A DNA stretch of 64,000 nucleotides from Octopus sinensis (taxonomy: Eukaryota). The translations under genes and the position numbers were made by a program. Under the pieces are notes generated by a model. The model was not told the origin of the DNA and made no database searches. It saw nothing but the letters and a program-made list of their open reading frames with translations. Below are positions 39,165-52,400 of the stretch, one piece after another (the first letter of the stretch is position 1; the number at the start of each line of letters is the position of its first letter). The DNA is taken from assembly GCF_006345805.1 (NCBI RefSeq), contig NC_042997.1, positions 84,506,001-84,570,000 of the forward strand. The letters are read 5' to 3'.

Positions 39165-39620
39165 CAATTCGCAACAAAGTCAACCCGCCACACTTTTCGG
39201 TCCAACATCACTGTCTCGAGTTCCTTTTAATTTGGAAGAACTTCAAAGTGCCAAGAATAGACTGAAGGAGGGAAAAGCTGCTGCCCATGATGAAGTTCCC
39301 CCTAAAGTTATCAAAAGGTGCAATGCTGGATTTTGTGAATAGGCACTTGCAGAACCAGGAAATCCAGATCAGTTGTTCGAGATTGACTTGATAGCAATCT
39401 CAAAGACAGGAAACCTCAGCAATGAAACTAACTGCCGAGGAAACACATTGTCCAATATCTCACTAAAAGTCATCAACCGAATGATCTTCAACAGGATTCT
39501 TCCGGTGCTTGATAGCCATCTGAGACGAAATCCAAATGAATTTAGACTTGCAAGATCCACAGCATTTCATATCTCAGCCTTGAGACGTATCATAGGAGTT
39601 AAATCAAGACAGCTCTCTAC
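39165..39620 (+). mobile_element. LINE RT N-terminal fragment (RTE/RTEX-like)
   Basis: PFNLEELQSAKNRLKEGKAAAHDEVPPKVIK...KTGNLSNETNCRGNTL...NRMIFNRILPVLDSHLRRNPNEFRLARST...ISALRRII. Confidence 0.85.
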
Positions 39621-39860
39621 CAAAAATTTTGTTGTTGCTGATGTTAATCCAAATAATCATTAATCGAACAGAGCAATCTTTTGGGATTGATAAAATAAGT
39701 ATGAATCTAGTCTAGTACTGGAGTCGATAAAAATCAGCCAAACACATCCTTCGCTTTGTGCTTGGATTATTTCAGTTGAACGTGTACGATGGTTGTAGTC
39801 TCAATGTATGTGCGTATGTATGTGTGAGCGTATGTAAGTATATAATACAAATAAAATGAA

Positions 39861-39894
<34 letters not shown>

Positions 39895-41019
39895 CTCGTG
39901 TCTAGGTGTGACTTTGATATTAATTTCTTTCTGTAGCCTTTCAGTAAAGAAGTTTCTGGTTGAACGTATTTTGTTTTATTATTTCCAAAACAGCATACTG
40001 CCTTCAAATATAATATTGTGTTCATATATTTTATATGTATTTTGCCTTTTCTTTTTCTGTTTATTTCTCTTCCCCCCCCCCGTATAATGATTTATATTAA
40101 GATATTTTCCCTATCTCTTTGATGTTTTACAATCTGCAAACTATCAACTGTGTTTTTTTTATTTTATTCAGAAACCCCATTAGCACTGAGTTCCTGCTTT
40201 AACTTTATTCACATTTTCTTCCATTGCTCCAAGTTCATGCTCATTTTTAAATATCATTCCATACGTACAGATCAGCTGTATGCATACACTGACCCAGCGA
40301 TTACTAACCGTCCTGACCATGGCCCTTGAACATTAGTAAAGACGGGATACAAATGGGCGATGCTTTTCGAACAAAAATCAGTCTTTTTCTGTTGCCTTCT
40401 CCAAGACAATCGGGACTCATCTATATATTTTTATTTGAAATTTAGATACAGAAATTTTTTCTACAACTGTTCTTCTGAGTTACTAAGCCTCTCAGTGTTC
40501 ATTAGCGAAAAGACCTATAATTCTCTACCAGTTCCAAGATGTTCCAGTAGGATTAGAGCAGTGTTTCTCAAACTATATTTGCCCCCCCCCCCAGTACTTC
40601 GAGTTTTAAAATTGATTTGCACCTTATCGTAAGCATAATGTGTGTGTGTTTGTCTTTGTGTGTATGTGTGTGTGTATTTGTTCCCCAGTGCCGATTGTTG
40701 GTTTGTCTATGTTCCCGTAACTTAACAGTTTGGCAAAAGGGACCGATAAAATAAGTTGCAGGTTCTAAAAAATAAGGACTCATACAACTAAAAATTCTTC
40801 AAGGAGGTGCCCTAGCACGGCCACATTCTAATGACTGAAACAAGTAAAAGATAAAAGAAAGAAGATATATACACACACAAATACATACAAACACACACAT
40901 ATATACACGTATACGTATACATATACATACACATGTATGTATGTATGTATGTATGTATGTATGTATGTATGTATGTATGTATGTACGTATGTAGGTGTAT
41001 GTGTACGTATGTGTGTATG

Positions 41020-41450
41020 TAGGGAAAACGTAAAAGTGGAAACAGCACAAGAAGTATTTTTATATCAGTTACATTAAGTGACTTTTATAAAAAGAAAAAT
41101 AATATCTTTTCGATACGTATGTCCATTTTATCAAATACTAAAAATTCAAAGATGAACACAAATACAAGTCTAAGGACATGTTTCTTAACTACGCGCAGAA
41201 TATGAGAAGAAACCGTTTTAATTTCCCTTGCTTTTCTTATTTCATATTTTTTCTTCTTATTTCTTTGTATTTGGATTTTTAATTTCCTTGACATTGAATT
41301 TTTGATATTTGATAAGACGGACATAGAAACCGGTAATATTTATAAAAGTCACTTATTGTAACTAATATAAAAATATTGAAGAAAAAAAAATTTTAAAGAA
41401 TTTTTAAACATTTTCTCTGTGCTGTTTCCACTTTTAGTTTTTACCATAAC
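41020..41450. repeat. Imperfect inverted repeat (~150-bp arms)
   Basis: aaaagtggaaacagcaca/tgtgctgtttccactttt, aagtgacttttataaa/tttataaaagtcactt and ttatcaaata/tatttgataa. Confidence 0.85.
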
Positions 41451-41497
41451 CTTCGATTTGTGTGGATTCTTAATTTTTTTTTCAAATATATACATGC

Positions 41498-41574
<77 letters not shown>

Positions 41575-41594
41575 GTGTGTGTGTGTGTGTGTGT

Positions 41595-41625
<31 letters not shown>

Positions 41626-41694
41626 GTGTGTATGTGTGTGTATGTGCATACTCCACTTTGATCTTAGGTATATATATATATATATACATAAATC

Positions 41695-41860
41695 AGAAAA
41701 ACCACCTTTTATCAATTCAAAATGAACAATTAAATTACACCATCTAGAAAATTACATATAATAGAAATATTAAATATAAATTTAATATTTCTATTATATG
41801 TAATTTTCTAGATGGTGTAATTTAATTGTTCATTTTGAATTGATAAAAGGTGGTTTTTCT
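41695..41860. repeat. Perfect AT-rich palindrome, 81-bp arms, 4-nt spacer
   Basis: 41695-41775 is the exact reverse complement of 41780-41860 (checked base by base). Confidence 0.95.
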
Positions 41861-41970
41861 AATCTTTATATATATTTTATATTTTGTGAAATTTGATTTA
41901 ATATTTCTAAATTGAATTTTTCCTGTAAGTTAAGAATAATATTCCCTCAAATTATATATATATATATTAT

Positions 41971-42006
<36 letters not shown>

Positions 42007-42169
42007 TATGGTTAATTTATAAAGCTCGCCCACCCTCAGATTTCACCCAGTGCTATCCAACAGTAGTATTATACCTACTGCCAGATTTGCCTTGGGACTT
42101 CTGTAGCGTGTGAATGGATAATTCAATAAATTGGTGTCAAAAAGGAGTACAGAGGAACAGTTATTTGTA

Positions 42170-42271
42170 ATCACTGCAATTGTTTCCACACAACTTAGTT
42201 CTCCGTGTTTGCAAGTATTTAGTTATGTAATCGTTCCCTGCATTATAAGATCTTGTGTTTCATCAGGTGAT
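42170..42271 (-). ncRNA. Degenerate long-stem-II hammerhead, sibling of 35571-35675
   Basis: Minus strand: ATCAC-CTGATGA-aACACAA...TTGTGTg-GAAA-CAATTG-CA-GTGAT; U16.1->C change. Confidence 0.55.
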
Positions 42272-42984
42272 ATATGAATATTCTTTCTGTGTTCCGTAAA
42301 CTCAAATTTTCGGCTTCGACTGCATCCTTTCTGTCTGTCGTGGGCAGTATATCAAAATATGTGTTGTGGTTGAAAGTCTGTTGATGGATCAATTTAAAAT
42401 GCATAGATGGAATAGAAGGGTGGCTATGCTATGGATAATAAGTTTTGAGGTTCATACTCAAGTTATTGCCAGTTTATTTCTTTGTGCTGTTAATTCATTC
42501 TTCATGGTCGGTTACTCTTACAATTACCACTGGCTGACCTTCAAGAATTCACCGGCCATTCACTTGACGAACTTACATGTACGTATACATCATTCTATAT
42601 AGATCTACCTATATGCAAAGCCATATATACACATACATGCTCTCATCTATACATATACGTATACGTACTTGAATATACGCCTCTACGACATTACACACAT
42701 ATGCTCATGTGTATCACTCAACAAACAGGCAGAAAGGATGCGGTCAAAACCCGTCAAAGGGCGGAGGAACTCTTGCGAGTCAACGGCCAGCCAATATGTG
42801 AGTAATTATGTATTTACTGTAAATAAATTTTTCTCACTAATTTTATATATTGTATATTTTTATAGTTTGCTTATTATATATATTTTATGTATTTCATATC
42901 GTATATTTTATGTATATATTGTATATCAATATTTTTTATATATCGTGCGTGTTTTTTTTTTCTTCTTATATCTATTTTATCCAC

Positions 42985-45900
42985 CTTATGGCTGTATCTT
43001 GCGCAGGAACATAGAAATAATCAGACTGAATACCCGATCGCGCGGTTAAATCAGTGGCAGTGAAGGACCCCCTAAACCTTGTTAGGGCACCCTCAGATAA
43101 CTGGGATAACTCCGACATAAAATCTACGGCTCAGTGATTACCGATGATGTTGACTTGTTCTTCTTTTCGGGTCATGGCTGCTGTTGCTTAGTGAGTGGGA
43201 ATGACTCAGTGTACAGCCTCTCCTCACTTTAAAAAGATCTTCTTGCACAGGAACTGCACGATAACAACATTGATTGATTGATTGATTGATTGATTAATTA
43301 ATTAACTAATTGATGATTGTTGATAGTGCTGGGTGTCTCAACTGAATGGTTGGCTGTAGCCTTAAAAAGCAAACAATCAATGATGTACCAAAACAGTATA
43401 AAAACAAATGGCAGTAAGGACTCTGGAACTACATCAGATGAAAGAGTCTGGCCCGGCAGGGGCTCCAGAGCACCACAGTCTGAACCCGGCCGTCATCGTG
43501 CTATTGTGATAGAACCAAATAAAATATTGAATATTTGCTGTACGGACACTGCTTGACCGCGAGTCCTCAGAATGTCTTGAACGAAGGACTGCTCTTGTTG
43601 CGAAGGAGCTTCGGCGCTATGATCTTGACATCGTTGCTTTATCTGAGATGAGATTATCTGGAGATGGTCATCTTACAGAATCTTGTGGAAAATATATATT
43701 CTTTTGAGAAAGGGAAAGATGAAGAGTTTAGAGGAGAGGTTGGAGTGGCATTTGCCTGTTAAGACTACTATTGTGGACAAGCTGGAAGAATTCCCAGACG
43801 GGATTAACGAGCGTCTTATGTCCATGAGAATTCCTTTGGTTGAAGGAAATTATGTGACCTTGGTGAGTGTGTGTGTTCCAACTATGTGCTCTACTGATGA
43901 CGAAAAAGTTTCTTTCTACCATGCTTTGAAGAGCATTATAAGAAATATCCCTCAAGCAGACAAAATCATCGTACATGGTGACTTTAATGCTAGAGTGGGA
44001 AGGGACACATGTACTGTAAATGGAAAGCATGGAGTGGGAAAGTATAATAGTAATGGTATGCTTCTGCTGCAGATGTGCGAGAAGCTGCGTCTGTGTTACC
44101 AATACCATGTTTCAATAAAAGAATAAGTTTAAGACCACATGGATGCACCCTGCATCTAAGGAATGGCATATTCTGGATTACATCCTTGTTAGAGTACGTG
44201 ACAGACGAGATGTGCAGTGTGTTCACGTTCTTCGTGGGGCTGAGTGTTGAACTGACCACCGCCTGGTACGTGCAAAAGTGAAATTAATCTCAAAATGTAA
44301 AATCCAGGCTGCAGGTATTACCCTGCCAAAAAGACTGAATGTTGATCGTCTTAGGTGTAATAGTGTGAAGAGAACTTTACGAGAGGAAATGAATGTTGCA
44401 GATATTGGGGAGGATTGGCCGACCCTTAAAAAGCCAGTTTATGATATAGGCAGGAAAGTTCTGGGATTGATACAAAAAAAGCTTCAAGATTGGCTTAAAG
44501 AAAATGATGAAGATATAGATGATTTATTGGCTGATAAAAGACGTACTTTGTCACGCTATTTGTCAGCAAAGTCACAGGAGAGATTGTGTTACATAGGGAA
44601 CTGAAGGATGTGAAATCACGTGTGAAGCGGAGGTTCTCTCAGATGAGGGATACGTGATGGAGTAAGAAGGATGATGAGATACAGGCGGCGTCTGATTCCA
44701 ATATCACAAAGCTGTTGTATAGTCTCTTGCGAGAAGTTTATTGACCGTCTTCTCTGATGACACCACTTCGAATCAGGGATGGTAAAGAGCTTCTTCGTGA
44801 TTCACAAGGAATTCTGCGAAGGTGGCGAGAACACTTTGATGTGAACTTTTGAATCAGCAGTCTGTAGTTAGTGAAAATGTTCTCAATCTCATCCCTGAAT
44901 TACGTGTGAAGGCGGCTCTCGCGGAACCACCAATGTTGAAGAAGTTGCTGTGGCTGTCTCAAGGATGAATAACGGGAGGTTTTCGGGTATGGATGGCATA
45001 CATGCGGAGTTGTTACAGCATGGAGGTAAGAAACTTCTGCAGCAACTTCACTCCTTCTTTGGCAGGATATGGGCTAGTGAATCTGTACCCGAAGACTGGA
45101 GAGATACAGTAACGGTTGTCTTATATAAGGAAAAGGGCAACAGGAGTAATTGTGGTAACTATAGGGAAATATCATTGCTTTCTGTCGTAGGAAAGGTGTT
45201 ATGTAGGGTTTTTCTGGATCGTCTGCTGAAACACATTGCAGATTGTGTTCTTCCAGACAGTCAATCTGGCTTTCGTGTGGGACGCGGCACTGCTGGTGTG
45301 ATCTTTTGAGCTAGACAGCTTCAGGAGAAATGTGTGGAACAGGGTCTGGATTTATATCAGGTTTTTGTCGATTTGACAAACTCCTTTGATACCGTTAATA
45401 GAAATGCACGGTGGAAAATCCTCCAGAAACTTGGTTGTTCTGAAAAGTTCCTTGCTTTGGTTAGATCTTTTCATGAAGATATGAATGGTAGGGTGAATGT
45501 TAGAGGGAAGATGTCAATACAAAATGGATTGAAACAGGGGGGTATTCTGGCACCGATCCTATTTGCCATATATTTTGCGATGTCTTTTTTTTGTATTGCG
45601 TTCAGAAATTGGAGGTATGATGTTTACATCCATTATCGAACCTCTGGCAGCATATTTAATATCTGGCGCTTTGCTGCAAAAACAAAGGTATTTACCTCTT
45701 TCATAAGAGACCCTTTCTATGCCAATGATTGTGGTCTAGTAGCGCACACAGAGACTGATATGCAACACATTTTGAATGCTTTCTCTGATGCTTGCACTGC
45801 CTTAGGATTGACACTCAATTTCGAGAAAACTGTAGTCATGTACCAACCTGCCCCTGATAAGCAGTCTAGTGAACTAAGTATTTATATGTATAGTAAACGA

Positions 45901-46560
45901 CTTGGTGTAGTTGATCAGTTTGTCTACCTGGGAAGCATTGTTAATAGATATAACAATTGGTATAATGAAATTTCATACAGAATTAGTAAAGCAAGTGATA
46001 TTTTCAGAAGGCTAGAAAGGCGCCTCTGAAGTCGGCGAGACATGTGCAGGAAGACAAAGATAATGGTGTACAAAGCATGTGTGCTCTCTTCTTTTCTTTA
46101 TGCCTGCGAAACCAGGGTCATATAACGGTACCACCTTAAACAACTGGAACGTTTCCATCAGATGTGTCTTAGACGGATCTATGGCATTAAGTGGGAGGAC
46201 CGCATCAGTGATCTTGAGATATTGGAAAGCTCTAAGTGTGAAAGTATAGAAGCTCTTGTGTTGAGGCGAAAGCTCAGACAGAGTGGTCATTTGATCATGA
46301 TGAAAGATTCAAGGAAGCCCTCCACATAAACCAAGAAAGAGGTATAAATACTTGCTGAAGGCTTCCTTGAGAGATACTAGCATGAGAGGGCATAGCTATT
46401 GACTGTAGCAGATGGAGAAGGATTTGTGGATGAAGAGACAGCTACTTTTGAGAAATCTCGAGTTGCGCATGAGAAAGTAAGGAGGGTTATCAGCAAGGGC
46501 ATCGCTGTTGCACTTCCAGACGGTAAGGGTCTTCCTATGACGGTGACATGCAGTGTCTCT
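42985..46560 (+). mobile_element. Near-full-length degenerate RTE-clade LINE (5' UTR, APE endonuclease, RT)
   Basis: APE: ERRTALVAKELRRYDLDIVALSE, ERLMSMRIPL, GDFNARVG, TWMHP, LDYIL. RT: NYREISLLSVVGKV, QSGFR, FVDLTNSFDTV, GLKQGGILAP, YAND (YADD decayed), FVYLGS. Many stops and frameshifts; 3' end interrupted by SINE B. Confidence 0.95.
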
Positions 46561-46872
46561 GCACTAGCTTAGTGGTCAGGGTATTCGGCTCACGATCGTC
46601 AGGTCGTGAGTTCGATTCCCAGCTGCACATTGTGTCCTTGAGCAAGACACTTTATTTCATATTACTCAATTCACTCAGCTAGGAAAATCGAGTAGTACCT
46701 GTAATTCAAAAGGCCAACCTTGTCACATTCTGTGTCACGCTGATCTCCCTCAGAATGTTAAGGGTACACGTGTCTGTGGAGTGCTCAGCCACTTGCACGT
46801 TAATTTCGCCAGCGGGCTGCTCTGTTGATGGAATCAACTGGAGCACCCAAGTTGGTAACCGACAGAGAGTCA
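46561..46872 (+). mobile_element. SINE family B
   Basis: tagcttagtgg...gagttcgattccc...gtgtccttgagcaagacacttt. Confidence 0.85.
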
Positions 46873-47834
46873 GTTATGTATGTATGTATGTATGTATGTA
46901 TGTATGTATGTATGTATGTATATGTATGTATGTATTCATATATGTGTGTGTGTGTGTGTGCGTGCATGTGTGTGTATGTATGTATGTATGTATGTATGCA
47001 TGTATGTATGTATGAGTGCGTGCACGCGCGCATGTATGTATGCATGAATGTATGTATATGTGTGTACGCGCACGCACACACATATTCAAGAGAATTTTCC
47101 AATAAAACTTTTACTGACGCCTCGTTCATATATATGTAACTCGCTCTCCATCACATTTTCACGTTTGACTTTGACAAAGGTTGCGCTAGGCTGTACTTCG
47201 CCAATGAGATCTAAATAACGCTAACTCATATCCAAGGAAGTCACTGTGCAACTGCTTAGCATATTCACTCAGATGCTACATTCTATCATTCATTGATTTT
47301 AACGAATTCCAGATTTGTCGTCCCCTTGCCTTTTTGACCAGAATTAGTTATTAAGCGAGTGTTGTTCTTGGCATTAAGATTGTAATCTTGATTAACTAAA
47401 ATTTATTGGTTTGCAACATCAAATACGTTAGCGTCCGTTTTGCTATTAAATATTTGACTATAAATTAAGTATCTTTCATTCAACGTTGTGTTCGAATCCT
47501 GTCAAAATTGTAGTATTGATTTTATTTATTTGCTTATTTATTTATTTATCGATTCATTTATTTATTTAGTTCACATTCTTTAAGAGACATTTTTCTTAGT
47601 ATAGAGCAACATCCGCCAACTCATTGTGATGCAAGAACGAATAAATAACTAACCATACGGTTGGTCGTATATAAATAATTCCATAATGACGCCATTTTCT
47701 TCCTTGACAGATGATGCAGTCATGTGGCTTAGAAGCAAACATCAAGATTTCATAAACGGCTGATTATCTGAAAAGCATCCGATTATATATAGATTATATA
47801 TATATAATATATATATATATAATATATATATGGA

Positions 47835-47874
<40 letters not shown>

Positions 47875-47996
47875 GCGAGATATAGATAGATAGATTGATA
47901 TATGTGTGTGTGGTGTATGTGTATATATAATATATATGCATATATGTCTGCGCGTATCTATCTATCTATCTATCTATCAATCTATCTATATATATC

Positions 47997-48055
<59 letters not shown>

Positions 48056-48123
48056 CATGTATTATATATATTATACATATATATGGAGAGAGAGAGAATG
48101 AGAAAGAGTGATATATATATGTA

Positions 48124-48179
<56 letters not shown>

Positions 48180-48309
48180 TACGTATGTATTATGTGTGTG
48201 TGAATAATATATATGTATATATGTAGCGCGTATATATCTATCTGTCTGTCTGTGTGTCTATCTCTCTCTCTCTCTCCCTATATGTATATATATAAGGGGA
48301 ACGAGCGGA

Positions 48310-48353
<44 letters not shown>

Positions 48354-48839
48354 GAGAGAGGGAGAATAAAGAAGGTGAGAAAGATGGCGAGGTGGTGATT
48401 GCAGAGAGATACGCCCCACCAGTTGGGAAACAAATGGATCCTGTCAAATAGCGATGTTGTATAGTGATGAGGCGCTACAGATATTCTGATTATTTCGATT
48501 ACTTATCGCTCTTTGATAGGAGAACGTTGTCAAACTCGCTGATCACTCAGCTGATTTTTCATTGCTTATTGAAAGAGTGGTCAAATTATTGACCAGTCAA
48601 CAGACCGATAGTTTTAGTGTGTGCAATGAGACAAAAATGCTTGTCGGTTGGATAAGTTTATTAATCAGAAAACATCGACAGCTGGAGAGACGGTGATGGA
48701 GAAGGAGATTAGCAGAGGTGGAAAAAAAACATCTTTCATGTATCTGTTGAGTCGACTCGTTTTTATGGCATATTGGAACGAAAAAAAAGGAAACAAAACC
48801 AGGGGGCGGTGTCGAGGGTAGAAATGAGACTGGGTGAAG

Positions 48840-49260
48840 AAGAATGATGGCGAAGATGATAATGATGATGTAGAGGAAGGAGAGTGGGAAGAATGTAAAG
48901 GAGGAAGGGGCAGAAGGAGGACGAGCAATATGAAGTTGTTGATGATGATGATGACCATGATGATGATGACCATGATGATGATGATGATATCGACGACGAT
49001 GATTTGAAGAAGACCAAAAACTATAACAACAACATGATGATGATGATGAAGATGATGTTGACGATGATGATGATAATGAAGGAACAGCATTAACCCGGTG
49101 ATGAACATGATGATGGTGTTGATGGTGGTGATGATGAACTTGATAATGATGACGACAACGACGACGATGACAGCGACAACGGCGACGACGGCAAATACGA
49201 CGACCAAATTGAAGATGATGACGATCAGGAGGAGGAGGAGGAGATAAAGGTGGAAGAGGG
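48840..49260. repeat. (GAT)/(GAC)/(GAG) low-complexity tract
   Basis: Directly visible; explains ORFs 48665-49270 and 48763-49017. Confidence 0.8.
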
Positions 49261-49881
49261 GTAGAAGCAAAAGTGGAAGAAAAAAGATAATATTGATGAT
49301 TGTGAAGAAACTACTCTAATCAGTTGGATCGGTTTTAATGGATAGTTTGCCTGAGAAACATAACCAGCTGAAAATGCTTATTTAGATTTTCTTGTAACAG
49401 TTTATTCTGGTTAGATTATTAGTATGACACTATCTTGTACAAAAGGTGCTCAGCCAGAAAATATCCTTCATACCATATCGATTCATGCTTATTTTTTGTT
49501 TTCTCGGTGGAGGGAGATTACTGCAGAGCATCAGCAGGTCTTTACTTATTGGCTTACAAACACACAAATGCATACATACATACATACATACATACATACA
49601 TACATACATACATACATACTTACATACATACGTACATGCATGTTGCACACATATGAGTGTGTATGTACGTATGTATGTATCGAACTATATATATATATAT
49701 GTGTGTGTGTGTATATATAATTATATATATATAACACTTTATATATATATATATATATATATAATATATGTATAATGCATTATATATATATGCATACATA
49801 TATATATATATAGATAATTATATACATACATATATATACATACATAGTAATATATACATATACTATATATTATATATAATA

Positions 49882-49914
<33 letters not shown>

Positions 49915-49916
<2 letters not shown>

Positions 49917-50296
49917 TTTACTCTTTACTCTTTTACTTGTTTCAGTCATTTGACTGCGGCCATGCTGGAGCACCGCCTTATCGAGCAACTCGATCCCGGG
50001 ACTTATTCTTTTGTAAGTCCAGTACTTATTCTATCGGTCCCTATCGGCATAAACGCACCAGCATCGGTTGAATTAAGCAATGCTAGGGGGGACAAACACG
50101 ACACACAACACTCATATAATATACATATATACGACGGGCTTCTTTCAGTTTCCGTCTACCAAATCCACTCACAGGGTTTTGGTCGGCCCGAGGCTATAGT
50201 AGAAGACACTTGCCCAAGGTTCCACGCAGCGGGACTGAACCCGGAACCAGGTGGTTGGTAAAACAAGCTACTTACCACACAGCCACTCCTGCGCCT
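49915..50296 (-). mobile_element. SINE family A
   Basis: Highly similar to 18366-18783. Confidence 0.9.
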
Positions 50297-50392
50297 TGGT
50301 ATATATATATAGTATATATATATATATATATAATATTATATATAATATATATTATATATATATATATATATAATATATATATATATATAATA

Positions 50393-50446
<54 letters not shown>

Positions 50447-50462
50447 TACATATACATATATA

Positions 50463-50613
50463 TTTCAGGTACTACTCGTTTTGCCAGCTGAGTGAACTGG
50501 AGTAATATGAAATAAAGTGTCTTGCTCAAGGACACAACGTGCAGCTGGGAATCGTACTCACGACCTGACGATCGTGAGCCGAATACCCTGATCACTAAGC
50601 CACGCGCCTTCAC
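50463..50613 (-). mobile_element. SINE family B, 5' half
   Basis: Reverse complement of the family B head and core. Confidence 0.8.
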
Positions 50614-50731
50614 AATAAGAGAATTATACATACATACATGCATTCATACATATATGCATACATACACAACACATGCAACATGCATATGCACAGATATACA
50701 TACATACATACATACACACATATGCATGCAT

Positions 50732-50805
<74 letters not shown>

Positions 50806-51457
50806 CATACATGCATATATGGTGGCTGCATCATAGGGCTACGAAGTCCGTAGGTAAGAGAGTGGATCAGTTCTGGTCTAGGGAGCAAAAAATATTTTTA
50901 CGGGTAATTCCAATATAAAGGCGGAACCAAGATGTTTGAAAAATTATGAAGAGATATCAAAAAAATGATCATACAAGGAAACTTACTAATTTGACTTTCA
51001 AAGGGCATTACCTATGCTAATGAAAAAGTCAAGTTAAAATGTATCCAAAACATTATCCCATTTGTTGTCCACAATGGGACAGGTTAAGTCCAGCGATCTC
51101 TATAATTAATAAATTATATTTGAACAGAGGGCATGAGAAAAAACCCGTTCCAATGGATATGTAAATAAAGATAAAATAAATAAGAAAATAAGTAAACGAT
51201 ACAGAGGAGAAGACAATAAAATAAGTGGTGTGGGGCTGCTTAAGTCTTTCTGCAGCTTACCGATATGATGCACATGAGAAAAACGGTCAAATGGGCATTA
51301 TACTAGACGTATAGGCAACAAGTACGGGTATTACAGGGAATCTATAAAAAAAACTGCTAAAAAATAATATTGGACGAAGCACCGTGCCCTAATTGAAATG
51401 TCCTATGAAAATGAAGAATTTTGTTAAGACGGGGGCGTGAAAATTGAAGATTTCTGT

Positions 51458-51733
51458 TGACCTGATCAACGGTACAGCCTGCTCGTGAAATTAACGTGCA
51501 AGTGGCTGAGCACTTCACAGACATGTGTACCCTTAACGTAGTTCTCAGCATGACACAGAGTGTGACAAGGCTGGCCCTTTGAACTACAGATACAACTCAT
51601 CTTTTTCAGCTGAGTGGACTGGAGCAACATGAAATAAAGTGTCTTGCACAAGAACACAACCCGCCGCTGGGAATCGAATTCGTGTTCTTACGATCATGAG
51701 TGAATGGCCCAAAACACTAAGCTACGCGCCTTC
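51458..51733 (-). mobile_element. SINE family B
   Basis: Colinear with 7772-8073. Confidence 0.85.
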
Positions 51734-51856
51734 TCAAATTGAAGATTATTAGCAACTATTTCTAGCAGGTGAAACGCGCGTATATATGTATATATTAAAC
51801 ACTTACAAGAAAATATGAATAGGCAAACCTACACATATACGCATACATGTATATAT

Positions 51857-52194
51857 GGCATCTTGGGCAAGTGTCTCTTGCTATAGCCCTGGGCCGACCA
51901 ATGCCTTGTGAGTGGATTTGGTAGACAGAAATTGAAAGAAGCCTGTCGTATATATGTTTATATATATGTATGCGTGTGTGTGTTTGTGTGTGTGTGTTTG
52001 TCCCCCTAGCATTGCTTGACAACCGATGCTGGTGTGTTTACGTCCCCGTCACTTAGCGATTCGGCAAAAGAGACCGATAGAATAAGTACTGGGCTTCCAA
52101 AGAATAAGTCCCGGGGTTGATTTGCTCGACTAAAGGCGGTGCTCCAGCATGGCCGCAGTCAAATGATTGAAACAAGTAAAAGAGTAAAAGAGAG
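51857..52194 (+). mobile_element. SINE family A, head truncated
   Basis: Near-identical reverse complement of 18366-18710. Confidence 0.9.
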
Positions 52195-52358
52195 TATGCA
52201 TGTATGTATGTATGTATGTATGTATGTATGTATGTATGTATGTATGTATGTATGTATGTATATAAATATATATATATATGTATGTACATTATATATATGT
52301 GAATATCATATACTTTTTAATATGCAGACATGTATATCTATGTATATTATATGCAACA

Positions 52359-52400
<42 letters not shown>

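Noticed and set aside
43890-44775. CTGATGA matches near 43893 and 44754 as hammerheads
   Set aside because: They lie within RTE coding sequence and lack stem II and a closing stem I.
47700-47745. ttga-CAGATGA...GAAG...tcaa hammerhead-like string
   Set aside because: Two core mismatches and no good stem II or III.
48380-48700. Unique-looking islands (also 20300-20560 and 54950-55330) as enhancers or exons
   Set aside because: Nothing in the sequence alone distinguishes them; conservation or expression data are needed.
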